Assembly (NCBI RefSeq): GCF_028288185.1
Contig: NZ_JAQBOF010000004.1
Span: forward strand, 177,187-241,186
Origin: Mucilaginibacter sp.
GTDB lineage: Bacteria; Bacteroidota; Bacteroidia; Sphingobacteriales; Sphingobacteriaceae
Length of the DNA: 64,000 bases
Direction of reading: 5' to 3'
Every line of letters begins with the position of its first letter. The stretch's first letter is position 1. The position numbers and the translations under genes were made by a program. The notes under the pieces are model-generated. The model searched no databases, had not been told where the DNA came from, and was given only the letters and a program-made list of their open reading frames with translations. Of the stretch, positions 18,841 through 28,202 are shown piece by piece.

Positions 18841-20484
18841 ATGGTCAAAATTATTCCACGCTTGCTATTAGCCGGTACCGCTATACTGGCTTTTTCCTGT
18901 AATCAAAATAAACCCGTTGATGAGCAGGATGGACTGTCAGCATTTAGCAAAGACAGTCTTATTAAACATATCGTAACGCTTTCTTCGGACGAGTTTAAGG
19001 GCCGCAGGCCATTTACCGTAGGCGAGGAGAAATCTATCGCCTTTTTGCAAAATACCTACAAAGGGATGGGTTTGGAGCCGGGCAATGGCAGCAGTTACTT
19101 ACAGGATGTGCCCATGGTTGAGATCAGCCCGAAATCTGTTTCGCCGCTTAAAGTACAAGCAGCAAAAGGAAGTTTCGACTTAAAAAACATGGACGACTTT
19201 GTATTATGGACTGAAAGAACAGATACAGTACAAACCCTAAACAATGATGATATTGTATTTGCAGGTTTCGGCGTAGTAGCACCCGAGTATAAATGGGATG
19301 ATTACGCAGGCCTTAATGTAAAAGGCAAAGTAGTAATGGTAATGGTAAACGATCCCGGCTTTGAAACCGGCGATACCACCATGTTTAAAGGCAAAGCCAT
19401 GACCTATTATGGCCGCTGGACCTATAAGTTTGAAGAAGCTGCCCGCCAGGGTGCTAAAGGTTGTATCATAGTGCATAACACGGCTGCGGCATCTTATCCG
19501 TTCCATGTTGTACAAAACTCTAATGGAGGCGTTAAGCTGCACTTAGATAAAAGGGCAAGCCATGCTTACCAGTTAGCGCTACAAGGTTGGGTAACGCACG
19601 AAAGCGCGGTTAAAATATTGCACGCAGGTGGTAAAGATACCAGTGTGCTGCATACGGCAAACAACCGTGGTTTTAAAGGTTTTGATATGGGCATTAAGCT
19701 ATCAGCAACGCTTAAAGCTAAGGTGGTTTTTAATAAATCGCATAATGTTATTGCAAAAATTACAGGTACCAAGCGCCCTGATGAATATATTGTTTTCAGC
19801 GCACATTGGGATCATTTAGGCGTGGGCAAACCAGACGCAAAAGGTGATACCATATATAACGGCGCGTTGGATAATGCCAGCGGTACTGCCGCCATATTGG
19901 AGATTGCCCGTGCATTTAAAAGCATGAAAACCCCACCCGAAAGAACAATTATATTCCTATCGGTAACTGCAGAAGAGCAGGGTTTGTTAGGGTCAGAATA
20001 TTATGGTGAGAACCCTATTTACCCATTGGATAAAACGGTTGCCAATATCAATATTGACGGCATTAACGCTATAGGTAAAACTAAAGATGTTACCATATCA
20101 GGCAGCGGCCAATCTGAATTGGAGGATTATTTAAAAGCCCAGTTAGCAAAGGATGGCCGGACCTTGACACCAGAGGCTCATCCGGAAGCAGGTCATTATT
20201 TTAGATCAGATCACTTTAGCTTTGCAAAAGTTGGTGTACCGTCTATAACTATTGGTGGGGGTAATGATGTAATTGGTAAAGGCAAAGAATATGGTAAGAA
20301 AATGGATGACGACTATACCGCCAATCGATACCACCAACCAGCCGACCAATACAATGCTACATGGAATCTTGATGGCGGTTTAGAAGATATTGAGCTGATA
20401 TTTAAAATAGGCAAACGCCTTGCTTTTGAAACCACTTTCCCACAATGGAACGCTGACTCGGAATTTAAGAAGTTGAGGAAATAG
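18841..20484 (+). CDS. M28 family metallopeptidase lipoprotein with PA domain
   Basis: Lipobox FSC; SAHWDHLG, GALDNASG, TAEEQGLLGS, RSDHFSF, YHQPAD. Confidence 0.92.
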   Translation: MVKIIPRLLLAGTAILAFSCNQNKPVDEQDGLSAFSKDSLIKHIVTLSSDEFKGRRPFTVGEEKSIAFLQNTYKGMGLEPGNGSSYLQDVPMVEISPKSVSPLKVQAAKGSFDLKNMDDFVLWTERTDTVQTLNNDDIVFAGFGVVAPEYKWDDYAGLNVKGKVVMVMVNDPGFETGDTTMFKGKAMTYYGRWTYKFEEAARQGAKGCIIVHNTAAASYPFHVVQNSNGGVKLHLDKRASHAYQLALQGWVTHESAVKILHAGGKDTSVLHTANNRGFKGFDMGIKLSATLKAKVVFNKSHNVIAKITGTKRPDEYIVFSAHWDHLGVGKPDAKGDTIYNGALDNASGTAAILEIARAFKSMKTPPERTIIFLSVTAEEQGLLGSEYYGENPIYPLDKTVANINIDGINAIGKTKDVTISGSGQSELEDYLKAQLAKDGRTLTPEAHPEAGHYFRSDHFSFAKVGVPSITIGGGNDVIGKGKEYGKKMDDDYTANRYHQPADQYNATWNLDGGLEDIELIFKIGKRLAFETTFPQWNADSEFKKLRK

Positions 20485-20491
20485 GAAAATA

Positions 20492-20725
20492 TTATTTGGA
20501 TAATATCTGCTCGTGAAAGATTTTCTTTAGATCAGCATTTCCTTCAATTATTGGTTTTTCTAAACCTTCGATCAGAGAAATAATATTTGATTTTTTAGAA
20601 GAATTAACAACTTTATTGAAATACTCTTCAACCAAACCAGAGACACTGGTTTGGTTTTTTTTTGCATAACTTTTTGTTTGTTTAACTAAGTCTGAATCTA
20701 TAGATAAACTTATGCGAGCCTTCAT
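20492..20725 (-). CDS. DUF6364-like ribbon-helix-helix small protein (antitoxin-like)
   Basis: ISLSIDSDLVKQTKSYAKKNQTSVSGLVEEYF pattern. Confidence 0.7.
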   Translation of the reverse strand: MKARISLSIDSDLVKQTKSYAKKNQTSVSGLVEEYFNKVVNSSKKSNIISLIEGLEKPIIEGNADLKKIFHEQILSK

Positions 20726-20763
20726 TTCTATATTATTGTTCGTTTTTGTAAGTAGGGGATAAT

Positions 20764-22074
20764 TTACGCATTCTTCAACAAATAATCCTTAAACCCTTCA
20801 AAGTCTTTACCCAAGGGCACTGATTTTTTATCTTTCGACTGCAGCTTTTTTACCTGTGCCGGAGTATCAATGTGACTGGCAATTTCATCCGAAAATACAT
20901 CAGGGAATTTGCATGGATGGGCAGTTGATAAAAATATCCCTGCGACTTCATTGGTAGGTACATCTTGCTGATAATCTTTTAAAGCCTGCCAGGCAATGGC
21001 GGTATGCGGGCAAACCACATATTTATAATGATCATAAACCGCGTTAATGGCTTTAGTAGTTTCTTCATCATCAAAGCTGTAGCCTGTGATCAACTTATTA
21101 AGTTGACTCATGTCTTCTTTAAATAGATCAGCAATGCGTACCCAGTTGCTTGGGTTGCCCACATCCATAGCATTTGATAATGTGGCTACAGATGGTTTAG
21201 GCTGATAAACGCCACTCTTTAAAAACTGCGGAACAGTATCATTAGCGTTAGTGGCTGCAATAAATTGCTCAACCGGTAAACCCATTTTCCATGCCAATAA
21301 GCCTGCGCCTATATTGCCAAAGTTGCCGCTGGGTACCGAGAATATTATTTTGGTTTTACCTTGTTTTAATGCCTGCGCATAGGCATTGAAATAATAAAAA
21401 GTTTGTGGAATTAGCCTTGCGATATTAATAGAGTTGGCTGATGTTAAACGATATGTCTCATTTAATTCCGCATCGGTAAACGCTTGTTTAACTAATGCCT
21501 GGCAATCATCAAATGTGCCGTTGATCTCTAACGCGCGGATGTTTTGCCCGTTGGTGGTTAATTGTAACTCTTGTATATCGCTTACCTTGCCCTTTGGGTA
21601 TAATATAGTAACACGGGTGTTAGGTACGCCTAAAAAGCCTAAAGCTACTGCGCCACCGGTATCGCCTGATGTTGCTACCAATACGTCTAATTGCTTTTCG
21701 CCCTCTTCTAAAAAATAGCTCATTATGCGGCTCATAAACCTGGCGCCAAAATCTTTAAATGCTAGTGATGGTCCGTGGAAAAGCTCCAGCACATAAACAT
21801 CTTCCTCCAGTTTAACTATTGGCGCGTAGAAATTGATTGCATCATCAATTATTGCTTTCAGATCCTCAGCCGGGATGTCATCACCTAATAAATTTTGCGC
21901 TACATGAAAAGCAATCTCGGGCAGCGTATAGCTATCCAGGTTATTAATGAATTTATCATCTAACCGCGGGATAGTTACCGGCATATAAAGCCCTTTATCC
22001 TGCGGCATACTGTTAAATACCGCGTCTTTAAAACTTACGCGGCTTGATGTATTATTGGTACTGTAGAATTTCAT
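20764..22074 (-). CDS. thrC: threonine synthase
   Basis: LELFHGPSLAFKDFG PLP lysine, ATSGDTG, SANSINIAR, PSGNFGN. Confidence 0.97.
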   Translation of the reverse strand: MKFYSTNNTSSRVSFKDAVFNSMPQDKGLYMPVTIPRLDDKFINNLDSYTLPEIAFHVAQNLLGDDIPAEDLKAIIDDAINFYAPIVKLEEDVYVLELFHGPSLAFKDFGARFMSRIMSYFLEEGEKQLDVLVATSGDTGGAVALGFLGVPNTRVTILYPKGKVSDIQELQLTTNGQNIRALEINGTFDDCQALVKQAFTDAELNETYRLTSANSINIARLIPQTFYYFNAYAQALKQGKTKIIFSVPSGNFGNIGAGLLAWKMGLPVEQFIAATNANDTVPQFLKSGVYQPKPSVATLSNAMDVGNPSNWVRIADLFKEDMSQLNKLITGYSFDDEETTKAINAVYDHYKYVVCPHTAIAWQALKDYQQDVPTNEVAGIFLSTAHPCKFPDVFSDEIASHIDTPAQVKKLQSKDKKSVPLGKDFEGFKDYLLKNA

Positions 22075-22077
22075 TTG

Positions 22078-22174
22078 GCCCCCTCTAAATCTCCCCCGGT
22101 AGGGGAGACTTTATTATTATTTATAATTAATATTTAGTTAAGCCCTCCCTACCGGGGAGGGTTTGGGTGGGGCT
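22078..22174. repeat. REP-like doublet, family A
   Basis: Fills the thrB-thrC gap; ends are the reverse complement of those at 5730-5833. Confidence 0.85.
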
Positions 22175-23151
22175 TATATCACCTTTGGTCCCACATCATT
22201 AATTGGCGATACATACCCGTTAGATCCTATTTTAATTGCTGTTAAATGGTTCTGTAATTTTTGGGTGATGGCATGTGCCGTTGCTTCATCTTTTGTAAAC
22301 GCAAAAACAGAGGGCCCAGAGCCTGATATGCCAAAGCTTATGGCACCCAGTTCCATCGCCATTTCGCGCATCTTGTAAAAATCTGGTATCAGCATGGAAC
22401 GCACCGGTTCAACCAATACATCCTGCATACTGCGGCCTATCAGGTCCAGATCGCCCATAAACAGACCGCTTACCAAACCGGCTATATTACCCCATTGGGT
22501 AACCGCGTCTTTCATGTTTATTTTTTGGCGGATGATCTGCCTGGCTTCGCGGGTTGGTACATCAACATCAGGGAACACAATGGCGCAATACAAACCCTTT
22601 GGATGTGGTAAGCGCACCACATCAAGTGGCGCATAACTACGTATCAATACAAAGCCACCAAATAAAGCAGGCGCAACGTTATCGGCGTGCCCATGTCCAC
22701 AAGCCATTTCCTCGCCCTTCATGGCGAAGGGTAGTTGGTGTATCGGGTCGCTGGTATCGCCTAATAGAGTTTTGGCGGCAAACAACCCCGCAACGGTACT
22801 TGCCGAGCTTGAGCCAAGTCCACTACCTATTGGCATTTTTTTATGCAGCTCAATATCCAAACCTAAATCGGTACGGCCAATACTTTCTAAATAATGTTTA
22901 ACGCTTACGCTTACCGTATTTTTAGCCGGATCCATTGGCAGGCGACCGTCATCGCCGGTAATTTTACTTATGGTGATACCCGGTTTATTGGTGACACGCA
23001 TGATCACTTCATCGCCCGGCGCATTAACCGCAAAACCAAGTACATCAAATCCGCATACCACGTTGGCAACAGTTGCCGGGGCAAAAACCTGTATGCTGGT
23101 ACCAACTTTTATATCTTCAACCATCGGTTTTAATTCTTGTATATTCTCGTT
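22174..23151 (-). CDS. thrB: homoserine kinase
   Basis: PATVANVVCGFD, GHMP motif PIGSGLGSSSAS, HADNVAP, ISGSGPS; start MNENIQ preferred. Confidence 0.95.
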   Translation of the reverse strand, partial: NENIQELKPMVEDIKVGTSIQVFAPATVANVVCGFDVLGFAVNAPGDEVIMRVTNKPGITISKITGDDGRLPMDPAKNTVSVSVKHYLESIGRTDLGLDIELHKKMPIGSGLGSSSASTVAGLFAAKTLLGDTSDPIHQLPFAMKGEEMACGHGHADNVAPALFGGFVLIRSYAPLDVVRLPHPKGLYCAIVFPDVDVPTREARQIIRQKINMKDAVTQWGNIAGLVSGLFMGDLDLIGRSMQDVLVEPVRSMLIPDFYKMREMAMELGAISFGISGSGPSVFAFTKDEATAHAITQKLQNHLTAIKIGSNGYVSPINDVGPKVI

Positions 23152-23161
23152 CATAGAAATC

Positions 23162-25618
23162 TTAATTTGCGCCCACATTAATCAAATCAGCAAATACGCC
23201 AGCAGCGGTAACTTCGGCACCTGCGCCGGGGCCTTTAACAACCAACGGGCGCTCTTTGTATCTATCGGTAGTGAACGATATAATATTATCACTGCCCGAT
23301 AGCATATAGAAAGGGTGGTTCTCATCCACCATTTCTAAGGTGATGGATGCTTTGCCATCTTCTAGTTTGCCTATATATCTTAACACTTTTCCATCAGCTT
23401 CCGCGCGATTTTTAATATCGGCAAAGTAGGCATCTTCGGCTATTAAAGTTTGGTAAAAATCATCAACACTGGTCGCATCTAAACTGGCTTGTGGCAACAT
23501 GCTTTGTATAGATACATCTGATGCTTCTAATGCATACCCTGCATCCCGGGCCAGGATTAACATCTTGCGCATAAAGTCGGTACCGCGCAGGTCATCGCGA
23601 GGGTCGGGTTCTGTATAGCCTTTTTCCTGTGCCAGTTTTACGGTGTCATGGAAATTGGCATCGCCCTTAAAATTGTTGAAAAGGAAAGAAATAGTACCCG
23701 ATAATATAGCTTCTATCTTTTGTACCCTGTCGCCGCTATTCATCAAATCTTTTAATGTGCGGATAATAGGCAGGCCTGCACCTACGTTGGTCTCGTAAAA
23801 GAAATCAACCCCATGCTGGCGTGCGCTGTCCCTGAAAGTTTTATACTGTTGGTACGACCCCGAGTTGCCGATCTTATTACAGGTAACTATAGATATGGTC
23901 GACTTTAAAATCTCCTCATAAAAAGTAATGGGTTTAGGGCTGGCAGTGTTATCAATAAAAACGCAGTTAGGCAAATTCAGGTCTTTCATTTTGGCAATGA
24001 AGGTCGAAAGATCGGCTTGCTCGTTTGATTGATTAAGTGTTTCCTCCCAATTATCTAACGATATGCCATCTTCATTAAAAACCATTTTGCGGGTATTGCT
24101 TATGCCGGCTATTTTAACCTGTATGCCGTTGTTATCATGCAAAAACTGGGTGTGGCCGTTTAATTGTTTAAATAATGTTTTGCCGATGTTGCCGGTACCC
24201 AAACAAAAGGCATAAAGTGTCTTAGTTAACTGCACAAAGAATGCGTCATGCACCGCATTTAACGCTTTAGCCAGATCATGCGATGAAACGATAACGGATA
24301 TATTATATTCTGACGATCCCTGCGCGATTGCCCTAACATTAACACCGTTACGGCCCAGCGAATGAAATAGTTTGCCCGATACACCCGGAGTTTCCTTCAT
24401 ATTCTCGCCAACTACGGCTAGTATGGCCAGATCCTTTTCTATATCTACATGCTCCAGTTTTTTGGCGAGTAGCTCTAATTCAAATTCCTGTTCAATTACC
24501 CGGCGGGCACGCTCGGTATCGCCCGGCGATACGGCGAAGGTTATGCTATGTTCTGATGATGATTGGGTGATTAATATCACGTTGATCTGCTCTCGCGCCA
24601 GCAAAGAAAACAATCGGCCACTAAAGCCCGATTTACCAACCATCCCGCTACCCTCAACATTTAATATGCTGATGTTATTGATAGATGATATCCCTTTTAT
24701 AGCCAGGTTTGATGGCTTGCAAACATGCTGAATGATAGTCCCCTCAAAACCCGGCTCGAAAGTATTTTTTATCACGATAGGGATCTTTTTTAAAAAGGCT
24801 GGTATCATGGTTGGCGGGTAAATAACCTTGGCACCGAAGTAGGATAATTCCATCGCTTCGGTATAAGTAAGCTCGGTTAATGAGAATGCTTTTTTAACCA
24901 TACGCGGGTCGGCGGTCATCATGCCGTTAACGTCTGTCCATATCTGTATCTCGCTTGCGTTAAGTGCCGCGCCAAATATTGCTGCTGTATAATCACTGCC
25001 GCCACGGCCAAGGGTAGTTATCTGCCCTTCGTCATTACTGGCTATAAAGCCGGTAACAAACAATACTTTGCCTTTATTTTCCTGGTACAGTCCGCGAATT
25101 AATTGTTCGGTTAATTCGGTATTTACTTTAGCCTGCCCGAATGAGCTATCAGTTTTTATAACTTCTGATGCATCCACAAAAACAGCCGGCATGTACTGCG
25201 CCGCAATTTTGCTGATCATTAGGGCTGAGCAACGTTCGCCATAACTTAAAACCAGGTCGCGGGTTTTTGGAGTAAGCTCGCGCAGGGTTAATATGCCTTG
25301 TAGTAATTCTTCTAAATGGTTAAAGTTGATCTTTAAGCGGGTTAGCGCCGGGTTTTGGTCGCGTATTTCGAGTAAAGCTTTTACAATCTCAAAATGGCGT
25401 TTTTCCAGATCGGCTAGTTGCGGGGTAAAGTCATTGCCTTTGGCGGCATCTTCTGCCATAGCTATAAGCAGGTTGGTTACGCCGCTCATGGCCGATAATA
25501 CAACTACCGGCTGGTCTGCACCGGCTTTAACTTCACCCTCTTTTTTAAGAATGTTTAGCAGGGTTTGAATGCTTTGAGCCGAACCTACGGATGTTCCGCC
25601 AAATTTTAAGATCTTCAT
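23162..25618 (-). CDS. thrA: bifunctional aspartokinase/homoserine dehydrogenase I
   Basis: KFGGTSVG, LGRGGSDY, ACT domains, YETNVGAGLP, EPDPRDDL, GPGAG; start MKILK at 25618. Confidence 0.97.
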   Translation of the reverse strand: MKILKFGGTSVGSAQSIQTLLNILKKEGEVKAGADQPVVVLSAMSGVTNLLIAMAEDAAKGNDFTPQLADLEKRHFEIVKALLEIRDQNPALTRLKINFNHLEELLQGILTLRELTPKTRDLVLSYGERCSALMISKIAAQYMPAVFVDASEVIKTDSSFGQAKVNTELTEQLIRGLYQENKGKVLFVTGFIASNDEGQITTLGRGGSDYTAAIFGAALNASEIQIWTDVNGMMTADPRMVKKAFSLTELTYTEAMELSYFGAKVIYPPTMIPAFLKKIPIVIKNTFEPGFEGTIIQHVCKPSNLAIKGISSINNISILNVEGSGMVGKSGFSGRLFSLLAREQINVILITQSSSEHSITFAVSPGDTERARRVIEQEFELELLAKKLEHVDIEKDLAILAVVGENMKETPGVSGKLFHSLGRNGVNVRAIAQGSSEYNISVIVSSHDLAKALNAVHDAFFVQLTKTLYAFCLGTGNIGKTLFKQLNGHTQFLHDNNGIQVKIAGISNTRKMVFNEDGISLDNWEETLNQSNEQADLSTFIAKMKDLNLPNCVFIDNTASPKPITFYEEILKSTISIVTCNKIGNSGSYQQYKTFRDSARQHGVDFFYETNVGAGLPIIRTLKDLMNSGDRVQKIEAILSGTISFLFNNFKGDANFHDTVKLAQEKGYTEPDPRDDLRGTDFMRKMLILARDAGYALEASDVSIQSMLPQASLDATSVDDFYQTLIAEDAYFADIKNRAEADGKVLRYIGKLEDGKASITLEMVDENHPFYMLSGSDNIISFTTDRYKERPLVVKGPGAGAEVTAAGVFADLINVGAN

Positions 25619-25631
25619 TACAGGGTTATTT

Positions 25632-25669
25632 AAAATAAAAACGCCTTCCTCTGTGTGGAGGAAGGCGTT
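25632..25669 (-). terminator. attenuator terminator of the thr operon
   Basis: 12-bp stem AACGCCTTCCTC/GAGGAAGGCGTT plus U-run, just upstream of thrA. Confidence 0.85.
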
Positions 25670-25705
25670 CATGTGGTTTTTATTTTTATGTTTTATACCA
25701 TACGA

Positions 25706-25771
25706 TTATCTTCCTCCTGGGCTTTTGCCGGTGGTTGTAGTCGTTGTTGGTGTTGTGTTTATCAGTTTCAT
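25706..25771 (-). CDS. thrL: thr operon leader peptide MKLINTTPTTTTTTGKSPGGR
   Basis: 21 codons, 8 Thr; its 3' end GGAGGAAG is complementary to CTTCCTCC in the terminator 5' arm. Confidence 0.85.
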   Translation of the reverse strand: MKLINTTPTTTTTTGKSPGGR

Positions 25772-25877
25772 ATAATGTCTGTAAAGTAAGTAGATATTTT
25801 TTAAATAAGCAAGGATAAAATAAAAAAAGTATGATTTGGGATAAAACGATACGTATTTGCTCTATTTTTGTAGGATA

Positions 25878-26051
25878 ATGAAGGATAAGCTTTTAAAGTC
25901 AGATAATGCCTTGCTTGAAAAAAAGAAAGCATTAGAAAAGCAATTAATAAAAGAGGTAAAACTATTAAAGAAGTTTAATCCGGATAAAGAATTGAATGCT
26001 GATTTTGAATATGCTTCACTAGTTGATCTGCAAAAACATTTGGATGACTAA
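25878..26051 (+). CDS. small hypothetical protein (57 aa, Lys/Leu-rich)
   Basis: ORF upstream of rsgA behind a TATTTTTG promoter-like box; no motif. Confidence 0.4.
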   Translation: MKDKLLKSDNALLEKKKALEKQLIKEVKLLKKFNPDKELNADFEYASLVDLQKHLDD

Positions 26052-26078
26052 TCTAAAAGATGATATTCTAACACTTTA

Positions 26079-26999
26079 ATGCAGGGGCTAATAACAAAAT
26101 CAACCGGAAGCTGGTACCAGGTGCAAACGCCTGATGGGGAAAGATACGATTGCCGTATAAAAGGCAAGTTCCGCATAAAGGGTATTACCACTACCAATCC
26201 ATTAGCCGTGGGTGATGTGGTTGATTTTGATTTGGAGCCCGAGCAGCAAACCGGCGTCATAACCAATTTACATCAGCGTAAAAATTATATCATTCGCAAA
26301 TCCATTAATCTGTCCAAGCAGGGGCAGATAATTGCCGCTAATTTAGACCAGGCTTTATTGGTGGTAACATTGGCTTCGCCACGTACTTCGTTAGGTTTTA
26401 TTGATCGTTTTTTAGTTACTGCCGAGGCTTATGATATCCCTGCAAGATTGATCTATAATAAGCTTGACCTGTTTAGCGATGAAGGCTTAGACATACTGGC
26501 AGATTATAAAGCTGTTTATGAAAACATTGGCTATCCCTGCTTTGAAGTATCCGCGTTAGAGGGTACTAATATCAGCCAGGTGCAAGATTTGCTGAAAGAT
26601 AAAGTAACCTTGTTTTCCGGCCACTCGGGTGTTGGCAAATCCAGCCTGATCAACGCCTTATTACCTGATCTGGAACTACGCACCAGCGAGGTGTCCGAAT
26701 GGAGCGACAAAGGCACCCACACCACCACCTTCGCCGAAATGTTTGAACTGCCACAAGGCGGCTTTATTATTGACACCCCCGGTATACGCGAGCTGGGCGT
26801 AATAGATATCGAAAAACATGAACTGGGCCGCTACTTCCCCGAAATGCGATCGCGCATGCATAATTGTCGCTTTAATAATTGCCGCCATATAAATGAGCCT
26901 GGTTGCGCAGTGCTTGCTGCTTTAGAAAACGGCGAGATCGAAGTATCCCGCTATGAAAGCTATCTAAGCATTTATAATGGGAATGATACCAGGGCGTAA
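26079..26999 (+). CDS. rsgA: ribosome small subunit-dependent GTPase A
   Basis: OB fold, NKLDL, GHSGVGKSS, GTHTTT, IDTPG, CRFNNCRHINEPGC zinc finger. Confidence 0.97.
   Translation: MQGLITKSTGSWYQVQTPDGERYDCRIKGKFRIKGITTTNPLAVGDVVDFDLEPEQQTGVITNLHQRKNYIIRKSINLSKQGQIIAANLDQALLVVTLASPRTSLGFIDRFLVTAEAYDIPARLIYNKLDLFSDEGLDILADYKAVYENIGYPCFEVSALEGTNISQVQDLLKDKVTLFSGHSGVGKSSLINALLPDLELRTSEVSEWSDKGTHTTTFAEMFELPQGGFIIDTPGIRELGVIDIEKHELGRYFPEMRSRMHNCRFNNCRHINEPGCAVLAALENGEIEVSRYESYLSIYNGNDTRA
26935..26998 (+). repeat. direct repeat copy 1 (rsgA 3' end; attL-like)
   Basis: 62/64 identical to 27970-28033. Confidence 0.95.
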
Positions 27000-27030
27000 G
27001 TTATTTGGATTTAAGCTGAATTAATACTAG

Positions 27031-27942
27031 ATGAATAAATTGAAACCAATTTTAGATATTGATAAGTTCAATTTATTAGTTGAACAACTAAATGTTGTTG
27101 AGATGAAAAATGCAACCGTAGAAGATTTGGCAGTTTGCATCGATAAGATGGCAATTGGCTACGGAGTAGAGGCGTGTGACTTTAATCCTGGTCTTTTGTT
27201 ATATCGAGGGGTCTTTTATTCCGAACAGCCTAAATTATATAAAGATATTATATATCCACCAGAGGACAAAGCTAAACGTAATCGAGCTAGTGCAGAGGGG
27301 GAACAAATGTTTTATGCTGCAAGTTCTAGGAAAGCAGTTTTTTATGAATTAAATATTAAGCCGGGTGATAAACTGGTTCTTTCAAGTTGGATTACTAATA
27401 ATAGTTTACTATTTAATAATGTTGGTTACACAAGATCAAATTTTGAGAGATTATCATCTTCTAGATTGCCATTAAACGATGATGTCCGATTTGGAGAAGT
27501 CAATTACATTGTAGCAGATTTCTTGGCGAAAACTTTCTGCCAACCTATTTCAGAAATAAATGATTATTTATATAAATTGACGATAGCAATTGCTAAAGTT
27601 CATTTAAAAGACATAACTGGTAATAAATTTTCTGGATTGTTTTATCCTACTGTTAGATTCAACGGCGACGAAGAAAACTTTGCTATCATCAAAGATACTA
27701 TTGACAAAGGACTATTAGATTTTGATCGAGCGGAATTCATTGAAGTGCTTGATAAATGTGAAAACAGATATAAATACAGAATAATAAATGTAGCAGGCAC
27801 TATTATCGATGAGAGTATTATTTGGAATAATCCTACTGATAAATGGACTGTTTATGACGACTCTGATGAATTAGTTTTTGTGGAAGAACATGGACATATT
27901 AGAGCGTACAATAACAGCGGAGATATTATAAATCCAGATTGA
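27031..27942 (+). CDS. RES-domain protein (AT-rich, standalone)
   Basis: LYRG, NRAS..GEQMFYAA, AVFYE, GLFYPT pattern typical of RES domains. Confidence 0.75.
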   Translation: MNKLKPILDIDKFNLLVEQLNVVEMKNATVEDLAVCIDKMAIGYGVEACDFNPGLLLYRGVFYSEQPKLYKDIIYPPEDKAKRNRASAEGEQMFYAASSRKAVFYELNIKPGDKLVLSSWITNNSLLFNNVGYTRSNFERLSSSRLPLNDDVRFGEVNYIVADFLAKTFCQPISEINDYLYKLTIAIAKVHLKDITGNKFSGLFYPTVRFNGDEENFAIIKDTIDKGLLDFDRAEFIEVLDKCENRYKYRIINVAGTIIDESIIWNNPTDKWTVYDDSDELVFVEEHGHIRAYNNSGDIINPD

Positions 27943-27969
27943 TAATAAGAGAATTATGCCATTTACTAA

Positions 27970-28033
27970 AGATCAAAGTATCCCGCTATGAAAGCTATCT
28001 AAGCATTTATAATGGGAATGATACCAGAGCGTA
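27970..28033 (+). repeat. direct repeat copy 2 (duplicated rsgA 3' end; attR-like)
   Basis: Re-encodes VSRYESYLSIYNGNDTRA followed by TAG. Confidence 0.95.
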
Positions 28034-28202
28034 GATAACTCTAACAAGGTAGTATTACAATACCATATCTACTTCCGAATAACTTTCTCCGAAAATTTTA
28101 TATTAAAAAGATGTGCAATACTTTACTGTAGCAAAATAGTTGCTCACGCATAAATTTATTTATGTTTGTATATAACCAATAGGGACCTAATCCCCAAACT
28201 TT

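Noticed and set aside
26935-28033. 64-bp duplicate as a DGR TR/VR pair
   Set aside because: Only two differences, and the geometry (gene 3' end flanking foreign DNA) fits an att-type duplication; no RT nearby.
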